Origin: Candidatus Kapaibacterium sp.
Lineage (GTDB): Bacteria > Bacteroidota > Ignavibacteria > Kapaibacteriales > UBA2268
Direction: 5' to 3'
DNA length: 64,000 nt
Assembly (NCBI GenBank): GCA_023957315.1
Contig: JAMLHE010000005.1
Coordinates: 169,132 to 233,131 of the forward strand
In this document: positions 50,164 to 59,732 of the stretch, piece after piece
Layout: every line of letters begins with the position of its first letter
Numbering within the stretch: the first letter of the stretch is position 1
Made by a program: the position numbers and the translations under genes
Notes under the pieces: generated by a model
What the model was told of the DNA's origin: nothing
The model's database searches: none
The model's input: the letters and a program-made list of their open reading frames with translations, nothing else

Positions 50164-50535
50164 TTACGAATTAAAAACTCTTCTGATTTCAGCTACAAAA
50201 GTATTAACATCTACCGGTTTAGTCATATAATGTTTAAAACCATAATTAAGAAATTTTTCCTTGTCATCATAATCAGAATACCCTGTAACTGCAATCGCAG
50301 GTACATCCTTATTAAGAGCCGATTGTCTCACAATATTTAAAACTTCATTACCCGAAATATCAGGTAAAAGTATATCAGTTATTATGCCAAAACATTCGTT
50401 AGCCTTTAACCATTCAACTGCAGTTTGCCCATTTGGAAAATCAACAACTTCGTACCCTGCTTTTCTTAATAATGTAGAGAACAACATTCGGATTGGGTTG
50501 TTATCTTCAATAACACATATTTTTGATTTCGACAT
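50164..50535 (-). CDS. Single-domain response regulator (CheY-like receiver)
   Basis: VIEDN, phospho-acceptor Asp in IITDILLPD, T in AVTGY, K in TKPVD; 123 aa. Confidence 0.8.
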   Translation of the reverse strand: MSKSKICVIEDNNPIRMLFSTLLRKAGYEVVDFPNGQTAVEWLKANECFGIITDILLPDISGNEVLNIVRQSALNKDVPAIAVTGYSDYDDKEKFLNYGFKHYMTKPVDVNTFVAEIRRVFNS

Positions 50536-50571
50536 ATCTGCCTCTTTTATTATTCTATGTTTTAAATTAAA

Positions 50572-51942
50572 CTATTTTGAACTAATCACAATTTCTATTC
50601 TTCTGTTTTGTCGTCTTCCTGCTTCAGTGTTGTTCGGAGCAACCGGACTAAGCGAACCACTGAAAGTGGAAAGTACTTTACCCCCGGGCACTCCTCTTGC
50701 TATCAAATACTGTCGGGCATTGTTGGCTCTTGCCCGTGAACGTTCCGTATTTTCAGATAATGTACCTTGGTTGTCCGAATGCCCTACAATTCTAACTTCT
50801 GCATTTGGATTTGCTAACAAATAATTAGCGACGGCATCTAAATATTCTTTAACATCTTTTGACAATCCGGTTGAAGCTGATGTAGGGAATCTGAATTGGT
50901 TAGCCTGTCCCACAGCCACATTTATCATTGGTGTTTCAGGTACGGTTACTTTGGGTCGCTCAGTTTCTTTTAACTCGGAAGGTCGTAACTCGCCTAACAA
51001 CACCGGATTTTGGACTAAATCAATCGTCGCTGATGGCAAAGCTTCTGCGGGAATATATCTGGCAAATTCAATACCCCGCGAATCTTGAACAGATGCGAAA
51101 TAAACAGGTGGTGGCTCAAAAAGTGGGTCATATTTCAAAGTATCATAAAGGATTTTGTCTTTGCCAAGTTTAATTGCAAGTCCTGCTTTGGCGTAAAACA
51201 CATTCCATTTGCTTTCATTATCGCCTATAGATGAACTTGCAAGATGTAATGTAACAAATGGAGTCATCATCATGCGTCCCCAATTGATTATATCGGCTGA
51301 AAAAATATCATACCCGATTCCGATGTGGAGACCGAGTCCGGCTTTAAAATTGTTAATTGCAACGGTTTGGTCTTGGGAAATATCGCCCGTGTTTATGAAT
51401 TTTTTCCTTTGTTTGAAATCATCACCAATCATCAAATCAATATCAAGTCCGATTAAGCCATGCAATCCCGGAAGCGGAAAATTATAACGACCGTAAAGAT
51501 TGAAATTTACGAACGAATTTGCACCTACGACTTCATATTTTGTATCTAAAGAATCTTCCAATGGTCTGGTTTCGGATGTAAATGTTCGTTTGTCTATAAA
51601 GTTGATGCCGGCGCCGGCGCCCCATGTTTCATTTACGGGAATCCATTCGGCAGTTAGCCCAATAAAATAGCCCAATCCGGAGCCTGATGAGTAATTCAAA
51701 ATTGAGTTGAATGGGTTTTCTATTTCACCCGGGAATTGAAACAGATTCAGTTCGCCAAAATACAATAAAGCACTTGGTCCGCCACGAGCACCGAACCACC
51801 AATCACCATAGCTTCTGTTTAAGGCAATTGTATCTCGGTTTTTGTCTATATGCATGGTCTTGAATTCACCCTTCGGTGCTTGACCCGAGGCATCAGTATT
51901 TAATAAAACTATGAGTATAAGTATAATTAAAGTGCTTTTCAT
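50572..51942 (-). CDS. Outer-membrane protein with N-terminal beta-barrel-like region and C-terminal OmpA/MotB peptidoglycan-binding domain
   Basis: Signal peptide. C-terminal OmpA-like region RIVGHSDNQGTLSENTERSRARANNARQYLIARGV...NRRIEIVI. Confidence 0.75.
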   Translation of the reverse strand: MKSTLIILILIVLLNTDASGQAPKGEFKTMHIDKNRDTIALNRSYGDWWFGARGGPSALLYFGELNLFQFPGEIENPFNSILNYSSGSGLGYFIGLTAEWIPVNETWGAGAGINFIDKRTFTSETRPLEDSLDTKYEVVGANSFVNFNLYGRYNFPLPGLHGLIGLDIDLMIGDDFKQRKKFINTGDISQDQTVAINNFKAGLGLHIGIGYDIFSADIINWGRMMMTPFVTLHLASSSIGDNESKWNVFYAKAGLAIKLGKDKILYDTLKYDPLFEPPPVYFASVQDSRGIEFARYIPAEALPSATIDLVQNPVLLGELRPSELKETERPKVTVPETPMINVAVGQANQFRFPTSASTGLSKDVKEYLDAVANYLLANPNAEVRIVGHSDNQGTLSENTERSRARANNARQYLIARGVPGGKVLSTFSGSLSPVAPNNTEAGRRQNRRIEIVISSK

Positions 51943-51948
51943 ATTTTA

Positions 51949-53856
51949 TTATTTGCTCACCTGAAACTTGTAATTCATTTCTTTTTGATTCCATTTGACA
52001 ATTACAAAATAAGTCCCATTTTCAATATTGGTCAAATCAATATCATATTCATAAGAACCGTAATTCAAATCGCCATTATAAATCATTTGCCTCTTGACAC
52101 CGTTCAAATCAGCTAAAATTATTTCATACTTTGCTGTTTCCAACAAATCGAGAGCTAATTTTGCAAATTCCTTTGTAGGGTTGGGATAAAGTAAAATTCC
52201 GTTTCTTTCGTTGCCCACATAAACTCGTCTTACGTATTCTCCTTCGCAATCATAGACAATTACAATCAATCCGTTGATATAACGAATTGAAGGAATTTCT
52301 AATCCAATAATCTCAAAATCTAAAATCCTGACCGAGTCTCGGTCTATATACGAATATATCGCAAGGGAATTAAAATCAAAAATTTGTTCATCGCCGAGAG
52401 CAAAATTGCCTTGGAAAGTGATTGTATCGTAAATTTGCCCGGGTAATGAAGTGATGCCTATTTCGGGTTCCATTATCAAAATCGGGATTTCCAAAGTTAA
52501 GTTGAAATCGAAATCAGACTTTCCTGATTGTTCGAGAGCTTTAGAAATATTGCTGAATATAGGCAATTCAAAATTCGAACCTGCTGAGACAATTTTGTCA
52601 GGTACTTGAATGTATAAATCATTTTCCAATTCGTAATTTTCCGATGTCTCGAGTATAAATACTTCGTCATTGCTCCATACTTTGAACGAATTATCGCGTC
52701 CTGCAGAAGCAATTGTATCTAAGTTAGGCGTGATATCAAGGCTCAAAACGCCGCCACCGTGATTTAGTGCGATTTGGGTCAGTTCAGACATATTCCGAAC
52801 ATCATATTGCCTGATATAGCTATCTAATGAACCTGAAATCGCTCTGCTACCGTCAACTGACATTCTAACTGCTCGGATGTGTTGAGCGTGGGAATTAAAC
52901 GAAGCCAAATGATTGCCTTGTTCATAATCCCAAAGCCGAACAGTTCGGTCAACCCCACAAGTAACTATACTCGAATAGCTACTGTCGGTGTCTGCAGACC
53001 ATACGACCGTATTAGCAGTAACATTACCATGAGCACCTTTCTTTTCGATTGTGCTCGACTCAATATCAACTATATGCGTATAGCCTTCGTAATCGGTAAA
53101 TAATAATTTTGAGCCATCGAAGCCGAATTTGACCGAATAAATTATAGACGAAGTGCCGGTTTCATAAGTTTCGACTAATTCACCATTCGGGTAAAAAGTA
53201 TAAACTTTGCCATTTTCTGTGCCAACAGCTATTAAAGCATTGAAATCCGAATAGCTGACATTTCTAAAAGTAGTGCCATAATCTCGAGCATAGACCTCCT
53301 CACGAATGTCATTCAGCAAATCATAAAGTATCAACACACTATCTGTGACTGCTACGAAACCATCCGATAGGAAGAAAACTGCTTGTTTCAATACACCGGG
53401 CTCAATTAAAAATTCATCAATCATCGCGCGGCTCGGAATGTCCCAAATTTTTACTTTGTTGTCTTTTCCGGTGGTAATCAATCTATTACCATCGTCGGAA
53501 AAGGCGATTGAGCCTACTTCGGTCACATGTGCATCAGGCTGATGCCATATAAGGAAAGGCATTTCGAGCTCGTAACTTTTGACAATCAGCTCCAATTCAT
53601 CGGTATTTAAATATGGTACTAACCATTGGTAAGGCGGAGCAACAATATTTGAAGCTATTAGGTATTGATTCCCTGCGTATGAATAAAAAATATCCACAGG
53701 GTTAGGCTGGTCCATATTCCAAACGATATTTACAGTTTCACCGGAAAGGAGTTTTGTGCCGGCAATTGGCTCAACGATTGTAATTTCATTCTGAGCTTGG
53801 ACTGTCAAAATGAAAAGAAAAAACAAACTACAACATATCGTTGATTTAATTAGCAT
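51949..53856 (-). CDS. Secreted WD40-repeat beta-propeller protein with T9SS C-terminal sorting domain
   Basis: WD40 blades (...VKIWD, ...VRLWD, ...FKVWS). Signal peptide. C-terminus YPNPTKEFAKLALDL...YFVIVKWNQKEMNYKFQVSK is CTD-like. Confidence 0.7.
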   Translation of the reverse strand: MLIKSTICCSLFFLFILTVQAQNEITIVEPIAGTKLLSGETVNIVWNMDQPNPVDIFYSYAGNQYLIASNIVAPPYQWLVPYLNTDELELIVKSYELEMPFLIWHQPDAHVTEVGSIAFSDDGNRLITTGKDNKVKIWDIPSRAMIDEFLIEPGVLKQAVFFLSDGFVAVTDSVLILYDLLNDIREEVYARDYGTTFRNVSYSDFNALIAVGTENGKVYTFYPNGELVETYETGTSSIIYSVKFGFDGSKLLFTDYEGYTHIVDIESSTIEKKGAHGNVTANTVVWSADTDSSYSSIVTCGVDRTVRLWDYEQGNHLASFNSHAQHIRAVRMSVDGSRAISGSLDSYIRQYDVRNMSELTQIALNHGGGVLSLDITPNLDTIASAGRDNSFKVWSNDEVFILETSENYELENDLYIQVPDKIVSAGSNFELPIFSNISKALEQSGKSDFDFNLTLEIPILIMEPEIGITSLPGQIYDTITFQGNFALGDEQIFDFNSLAIYSYIDRDSVRILDFEIIGLEIPSIRYINGLIVIVYDCEGEYVRRVYVGNERNGILLYPNPTKEFAKLALDLLETAKYEIILADLNGVKRQMIYNGDLNYGSYEYDIDLTNIENGTYFVIVKWNQKEMNYKFQVSK

Positions 53857-53871
53857 ATATTTAGGTACAAA

Positions 53872-55185
53872 TTATCTTACGCCATCTTTGACGAGTTGGA
53901 CTTTGACTACCGCTCGGGATATTTCAATAGTAGGGTCATTGATGGGGTAAGCAAGCAAAACTATATTGTAAAGCCCTTGTGAAGCGAGTTCAGGGGCTGA
54001 AAAAATTGTATAATGTTCGCCCATTGGCATCAGTAATTTATCAAATTTCTCGCCTGTTTCAGGATGAGTTAGAAATTTGACTTGTTTACCCAACAAATCG
54101 CTTACAAAAGCTGTCAGATAAACGTCATCGTCAAGTTTGTAATTAATCTTGGTCGTAATATTGAATGGGTTTGGTGTTGCATTTGCCTGCACAATCACAG
54201 CATGAGGAACAGGCACATCACGAATAGCAAGCAATGAGTCGAATTCGTAGCCGTCGTCGTCAATCAAGCGCCCCCACAAAGCATAAGAATAATCGCCACC
54301 TCGGTATTGGACCTGGTCGTCGAATTCGCCATAAATGAAGCCCGATGGTGAAATACCTTGGCTCAGAAAGTCAGCAATGTAATGGTCGTAATCTACAAAG
54401 GTGCCGATAGTGTCTGTATATGCGACTTGTTCATCTGTAAATTTGTAACCTCTCAGTACTGTATAACCAACTGCGTTAATTTCCCGCCTTGTTGACCACC
54501 CATACTGCAAATTTGTTTGTCCGACGTAGCGTACCCAGAAATCTTCGAATTCAAATCCCCAGGGTCGCCTGTCATCATAACCAATAGTAAAAGTGTTGTT
54601 TCTGCCATCGTGAATTTCGACATTATCGTCAGCATAATACCAAGTGACATTCCTTTCAATCGAATCCGTCTCGATTTTATATGCTACTGCTTGGTAATAA
54701 TATTGGGGCTGCAGCCAATCAATACGATTCGGAATAGGGTCTCCCCCATTTTTGATAAGTCTGAACTGACCTAAGAGTAGCGATGTATCAAGAGGTACTT
54801 CCATGCAATCAATATAATTTTCGGGTCCCAGAATTGTAATACTAAACCGTTCGTCATATTTTTGATACTCGATTAAATACTCTTTTTTGGGCAATCCGGC
54901 ACCCGAAATTACAGTTTCCGGCAGGTCGGTCTCATAAAGCTGAATTTCAAAATCATTCGAATCAATTGTTATTCCTTGCGGAAAAGTAAATTGAAATGTT
55001 CCGTTTACAAATTTCAGCCATTTGTCCGAATTTCTCTGAATCCGAAGTTGGAACTCAAGTGTATGAGAATTAACTAAATAGGTATTATTCACATTAACAA
55101 AAGCAAGCGTATCCAAAGCATAAATATTAGTTACGCAACTGATAAAGACAAACAAAGCAATTATGAATATTTTTGCAATTTTCAT
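53872..55185 (-). CDS. Secreted protein of unknown function with T9SS-like C-terminal domain
   Basis: Signal peptide MKIAKIFIIALFVFISCVTNIYA. C-terminus TPNPFNITTKINYKL...LYNIVLLAY...KVQLVK. Confidence 0.6.
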   Translation of the reverse strand: MKIAKIFIIALFVFISCVTNIYALDTLAFVNVNNTYLVNSHTLEFQLRIQRNSDKWLKFVNGTFQFTFPQGITIDSNDFEIQLYETDLPETVISGAGLPKKEYLIEYQKYDERFSITILGPENYIDCMEVPLDTSLLLGQFRLIKNGGDPIPNRIDWLQPQYYYQAVAYKIETDSIERNVTWYYADDNVEIHDGRNNTFTIGYDDRRPWGFEFEDFWVRYVGQTNLQYGWSTRREINAVGYTVLRGYKFTDEQVAYTDTIGTFVDYDHYIADFLSQGISPSGFIYGEFDDQVQYRGGDYSYALWGRLIDDDGYEFDSLLAIRDVPVPHAVIVQANATPNPFNITTKINYKLDDDVYLTAFVSDLLGKQVKFLTHPETGEKFDKLLMPMGEHYTIFSAPELASQGLYNIVLLAYPINDPTIEISRAVVKVQLVKDGVR

Positions 55186-55216
55186 ACAAGACTTTTTCCC
55201 GTTAGCTTGGATTTCA

Positions 55217-57322
55217 TCATTGTCTTCTATTATTCCAGCTTATATTAAAGTCACGTGTATTGATTAGACCGTCCATGTTGTAGTCTGCGTTGAAAAAGCC
55301 GTATTTTGTAAAACCAATCCACGAACCTTCGTGGTCGTAGTTCATCGTATAATTTTGAGTAACATTGAAAATGCCACCCATTACAGCAACATCTTCGTTC
55401 AAGAAGCCGCCTTTGAGCGCAAAAATCCTTTGCCCTAAGTCGTTGATTTCGACAATTTTCATAGATGCTTCCGAGCCTTCAATCAAACCGGGTTGACTAA
55501 AATCGTACAAAAAGCTGTTATTTTGCGGAAATATAGCTAATGGTTCGGCAGTGATTATCGGAGAGTGATTTCTGTGACGAATTACAAGGTGGTAATTTCC
55601 GCCACCGGAATCAATTCCATCTTGACGAGTAATTCTTATGTTCGAATCTCCATGAATGTCAAACAATCTGCCATCCGGATGCAAATATACAGTCTTATAG
55701 AAGCTTGCTTGTTCATTCCTTTTTTTCCTAAATTCAAGCACAACAAAATCAACTGCCGAATCAGGGATTTGAGTTATCAAAGTTGGGTCGAATTTTGTAT
55801 CGAGATTAATCGGATAAGCATCATAATTTGTCTGTGCGAGCAATCCCCTATTATTCAGTTCAGTATGCATTCTGCCCTGATTTCCTTTCAGATAAGGACC
55901 TTCGAGGTACATTCGAGCATTAAGAATAATTGAAATCATACCGGGCAAACCAATTGCAAATTCGCCAAATTGCGATATTGATTGGACATCGCTAAATGCC
56001 CAATTTGTAGCAAAATCAATCGTAGGTTCATTCGAATCGAAGTCAAACCAATTATTACCAATCCAAAGTTGCAACAGCAATTCCGGTACAGGCAAATTAC
56101 CCGTTTCGTGGAATTGTGCATTCTGCAAATGTCTCCAGCCGAACCCAAAACTGGCTGCCATTCCTTGGTCAATCGGATTGTTTGATTCGTCGAATCCTTG
56201 CAAATTGATTATTCTCTGTACTTTTTCATCGCCACCGGGATAAGGTTGATAAGTCAAGGGTCTGACTGTACTTACTATACGCGTAATTGCTGCCATATCA
56301 GCTTGATTAGCAAATAGCAACCAAGTATGGGGATTGTTGAGCAAGATTGTGTCACCAAACACTAAGTTAGTTCGTTCAAAATTGCCTGCAATTTCAGCAG
56401 CATCATTATACCCTGCGTAAACAGGATTTATATCCGCTGTAAAAGTAAGAGTATCTTCAAGCGTATTGACAGTGGCTCCGACAAATAGTGAATCGTTCAC
56501 GGTCACATTTCTGGAAAGTTCAGTATTGCCTGTATTTTGGACGTACAAATCTTTTAGAACCGACTTATCAGACGGCGTTTCAGGACCGGTGACCAAATCA
56601 CCTGTGCCGATATAGCGAATGTTGACTGATGCTTCGAATTGAGGCTCTACGGCGAGTGATGCTCCGACATTTCGGACAATCAGCGTAGTATCCTGCATAG
56701 TGAAGTTGTTTTCCTGTGAATTCCGAAGCTCTCCTCTGTTTAGTTTGAGTTCTTCATCAATCAGAAAACCACCGCTTACAACGTTGACACCATGGGGATT
56801 ATCTATCATTAATTTCGAAAATGAACCAACACCCATCAAATCTTGGGATTCATTTTCGGCATTAAGGACGATATATCGTGGACCTGAATATTTAGCATTA
56901 TTCTTAACAGTAGATTTCGCGTGAACGTCTTCGGGCTCATAACCTATCCAACGAGTAGTGAAATGTGCACTATCAACAACAATCAACGAATCAAGAACTA
57001 CCAATGGCTTGATAACATTATTGGCATCTCTCAAATCATGAACGATTTTTTTTGCTTGGTTTGCGATTACTAATTGGAAGTAAACAATATTCGGGATAAC
57101 TTGCTGCGAAGATTCTACCTTTTGCAAAAATTCTACTCTACCACCAAGCGTATCAGGCAAACTCTTCACCTGACCATTTTTAACTCTAATGGTACCTGAG
57201 TTTTTGATAGCACCTCCTGTATTATCAATTGCGTTTTGGGCGTTAGCTCCCAAGCCTGCAATTAATAGTAAGATGATGGTGATGGTGATATTTATTATAT
57301 TTTTTTTCATTCTTTCTTTCAT
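55217..57322 (-). CDS. Large secreted protein of unknown function
   Basis: Signal peptide. 701 aa. N-terminus carries an NTGGAIKNSGTIRVKNG motif related to the C-termini of the two upstream giant ORFs. Confidence 0.6.
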   Translation of the reverse strand: MKERMKKNIINITITIILLLIAGLGANAQNAIDNTGGAIKNSGTIRVKNGQVKSLPDTLGGRVEFLQKVESSQQVIPNIVYFQLVIANQAKKIVHDLRDANNVIKPLVVLDSLIVVDSAHFTTRWIGYEPEDVHAKSTVKNNAKYSGPRYIVLNAENESQDLMGVGSFSKLMIDNPHGVNVVSGGFLIDEELKLNRGELRNSQENNFTMQDTTLIVRNVGASLAVEPQFEASVNIRYIGTGDLVTGPETPSDKSVLKDLYVQNTGNTELSRNVTVNDSLFVGATVNTLEDTLTFTADINPVYAGYNDAAEIAGNFERTNLVFGDTILLNNPHTWLLFANQADMAAITRIVSTVRPLTYQPYPGGDEKVQRIINLQGFDESNNPIDQGMAASFGFGWRHLQNAQFHETGNLPVPELLLQLWIGNNWFDFDSNEPTIDFATNWAFSDVQSISQFGEFAIGLPGMISIILNARMYLEGPYLKGNQGRMHTELNNRGLLAQTNYDAYPINLDTKFDPTLITQIPDSAVDFVVLEFRKKRNEQASFYKTVYLHPDGRLFDIHGDSNIRITRQDGIDSGGGNYHLVIRHRNHSPIITAEPLAIFPQNNSFLYDFSQPGLIEGSEASMKIVEINDLGQRIFALKGGFLNEDVAVMGGIFNVTQNYTMNYDHEGSWIGFTKYGFFNADYNMDGLINTRDFNISWNNRRQ

Positions 57323-57372
57323 AACACCCCCTAACCCCCTCTTAAAAGAGGGGGAAATGGGAGTAATTAAAA

Positions 57373-59544
57373 TTATTCGCCGACTTCGATTACGCCTTCG
57401 TTGTTGATTGTACCTTGGTTAGCAATTTGGAATGTACCAAATCCGGGAGTACCGGCACCAAGTGAGTTAATCAACCAAAGACCGTTGAAATCAGTTTTGT
57501 TTGCTGAACCTTTAGCAATTGCATAAGGGAACGCTGCAGTAGGAGCATTTGTATTGTTGTTCAAGAATGATGAACCACCGTCAAATGAAGTATGGAAAAT
57601 GTAGGAAGCAGTGTTATCTTCGTTACCAATAATAATCGAAGCATTTGCATAAGCGTCAGCAATAGTAATCGTTCTTGCTGCTGCATTTGTACCATAATGG
57701 TCAGATTCTGCTAATGTGTTGTTAGCTGCTACACCATCAGTACCGCCCGGAGTTCCAATAAATGGACCATCTATACCAACATAAACTGCGTGTCTGATTT
57801 CAGTATCGTCAAGTGATGAAGGTTGCGTACCTTCGTCCCAAGTGTTCGGGTTTGTCCAACGACCATCGTCAACAGTGTAGAAAGTTGTAGGTCCGGCGCG
57901 AAGAATCACGTCGTTGCCACTTGCAAATCTGTCAAGGTCGTTAGGTAATGCCGTATTAGCTGCTCTTGCGATACCTGCTAACGAAATTTGACCTAAGTCA
58001 GCACCGGCAGCAGCAGTTCTGTTATAAACTTGACCTGTACCGATTTTTTCATCGTCGCCTCCTGCATTACCTTCATGGAATCTGATTGATGCTTGTGTAT
58101 TTGGTGCATCCCATAATGGGGCTCCGGGACCTTCACTAAACAAATAACCAACAGCTAACTCCATGTCGAAATCAGCGGCAGCATTATGAGTAAGATTGAC
58201 ACTTCTGTTCACGTCAGTAGCAACAACCCATGCAGGCATTGTAGTACCTTGTCCGGGACGCATTTCGATTGTTGCTAAAGTTGGGTTATTAGCATCTGCA
58301 TCTAAATCAATTGTAGTATTTCTGTTGTTGAATACATATGAAGCTGCTGTTGCATCCATTGTACGAGCCATAGAACCTACAACTTCTTCATTTCCTGTTC
58401 CACCGCCGTAAGTAGCAGTACCGGCAACGGCTAACATAGTAAGAGTACCAGTGTTAGTGAACATATCGAAATTGCCGCCTGTAAGAGCAAAGTTATTACA
58501 TAGGAATATGTCATTTGCATAATTTGCAGCAATATCACCGCGTTTCGCACCATTGGTCAAAACCAAGTTACCATAAGAGTTGGTAGTCAATGTCGGCATT
58601 ACTAATTGTGGGTTTTGTGTACCATCATAAGTAACTGTTGACAAACAAGCAAATAACAAGTTAAGACCATTACCGCTATTGATGATATCACCAGTGATAG
58701 TTAAGTTCGTGCTGGCAGCAAAATCTAAGAATGAATCGTCGCCACCAAGAGTCAAAGTAGAAGCGCTACCTACAGTAACTTCGCCTGCGCCTGTAGCTGC
58801 AGAAATCGTACCTGAATTTACATCAACATCAGCATTGAAATCAACTGCACCTGTACCAACAATCAATTCAGCGGCTACGTCGTTGAATTCAACTTCGCCA
58901 TCTAAAGTAGAAGTACCTGTACCTGTATATAATTGACCAACTATTGCTAATGTTGTACCGGCATCAGAATCAACATTTAAAGCAGTACCAACGTCATCAG
59001 TACCAAGTATAGTCTTAGTTCCGCCACCGGAAAGAGCTAAGATATTGTAGTCAGTACCACTTGCACCGGTTGTTTCGGGAAAGAGATTTTGTGGGTCTGA
59101 ACCGCCGTAAGTGAATGTACCGGCATATGTTCTGTCACCACCTGTTGCATAGTAAGGGTAGATGGCTAAATTATCATAACCCGGTAAAAATGTAGCACAA
59201 GCTCCACCCATTACGAATACTCCATCTTCTACGTTTTTAGTAGAAGTGCCGGAAGTATAAAGTAAAGAATAGTACAAACCTTGAACAGTTTGGTTAGAAC
59301 CGTTTCCTGCCCAATCAACAACACCGGGAATAACGCTTCCGGCAGTTTCACCAAGGTTAGCACCACCAGTATTTTCAAATTTGCTCCCATTTCCTTTCAT
59401 GCGGACTACTGCACCGCAAGTAGCATTGTAATCAGCAGAAGCTCCGTCACTGACGAAGTCCTGGGCTGTAGCATCGCTGATAGCGAAGAAACATATAAAA
59501 CATACAGCAATGGCTGATGTTTTGAGTAAAAGTTTAAAATTCAT
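57373..59544 (-). CDS. Large secreted Gly/Thr/Asn/Ala-rich (beta-helix/adhesin-like) protein
   Basis: Probable start at the ATG at 59544 (MNFKLLLKTSAIAVCFICFFAISDATAQ signal peptide); the track start at 59637 adds 31 unlikely residues. Low-complexity GT(G/A)TS and NxGxI repeats. Ends ...GTINNEGVIEVGE. Confidence 0.65.
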   Translation of the reverse strand: MNFKLLLKTSAIAVCFICFFAISDATAQDFVSDGASADYNATCGAVVRMKGNGSKFENTGGANLGETAGSVIPGVVDWAGNGSNQTVQGLYYSLLYTSGTSTKNVEDGVFVMGGACATFLPGYDNLAIYPYYATGGDRTYAGTFTYGGSDPQNLFPETTGASGTDYNILALSGGGTKTILGTDDVGTALNVDSDAGTTLAIVGQLYTGTGTSTLDGEVEFNDVAAELIVGTGAVDFNADVDVNSGTISAATGAGEVTVGSASTLTLGGDDSFLDFAASTNLTITGDIINSGNGLNLLFACLSTVTYDGTQNPQLVMPTLTTNSYGNLVLTNGAKRGDIAANYANDIFLCNNFALTGGNFDMFTNTGTLTMLAVAGTATYGGGTGNEEVVGSMARTMDATAASYVFNNRNTTIDLDADANNPTLATIEMRPGQGTTMPAWVVATDVNRSVNLTHNAAADFDMELAVGYLFSEGPGAPLWDAPNTQASIRFHEGNAGGDDEKIGTGQVYNRTAAAGADLGQISLAGIARAANTALPNDLDRFASGNDVILRAGPTTFYTVDDGRWTNPNTWDEGTQPSSLDDTEIRHAVYVGIDGPFIGTPGGTDGVAANNTLAESDHYGTNAAARTITIADAYANASIIIGNEDNTASYIFHTSFDGGSSFLNNNTNAPTAAFPYAIAKGSANKTDFNGLWLINSLGAGTPGFGTFQIANQGTINNEGVIEVGE

Positions 59545-59732
59545 ATAAACTCCAATAAAAATAAGAAAAAAAGTAGATTTCAATATAAAAAATAATTCTC
59601 GTAGTAATTCAAATTTAACTATTTCAACAAATACCAAATTAAGTACAATTACTTAATTAACATATAATATACATTATAATTTACAATTATAACTATAAAA
59701 CACAATATATTTCTAATAAATCTTATGCCAAA

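Noticed and set aside
59545-59637. Upstream start (59637) for the 57373 ORF
   Set aside because: The internal ATG at 59544 begins a canonical signal peptide (MNFKLLLKTSAIAVCFICFFAISDATAQ), and the extra 31 residues lack features.
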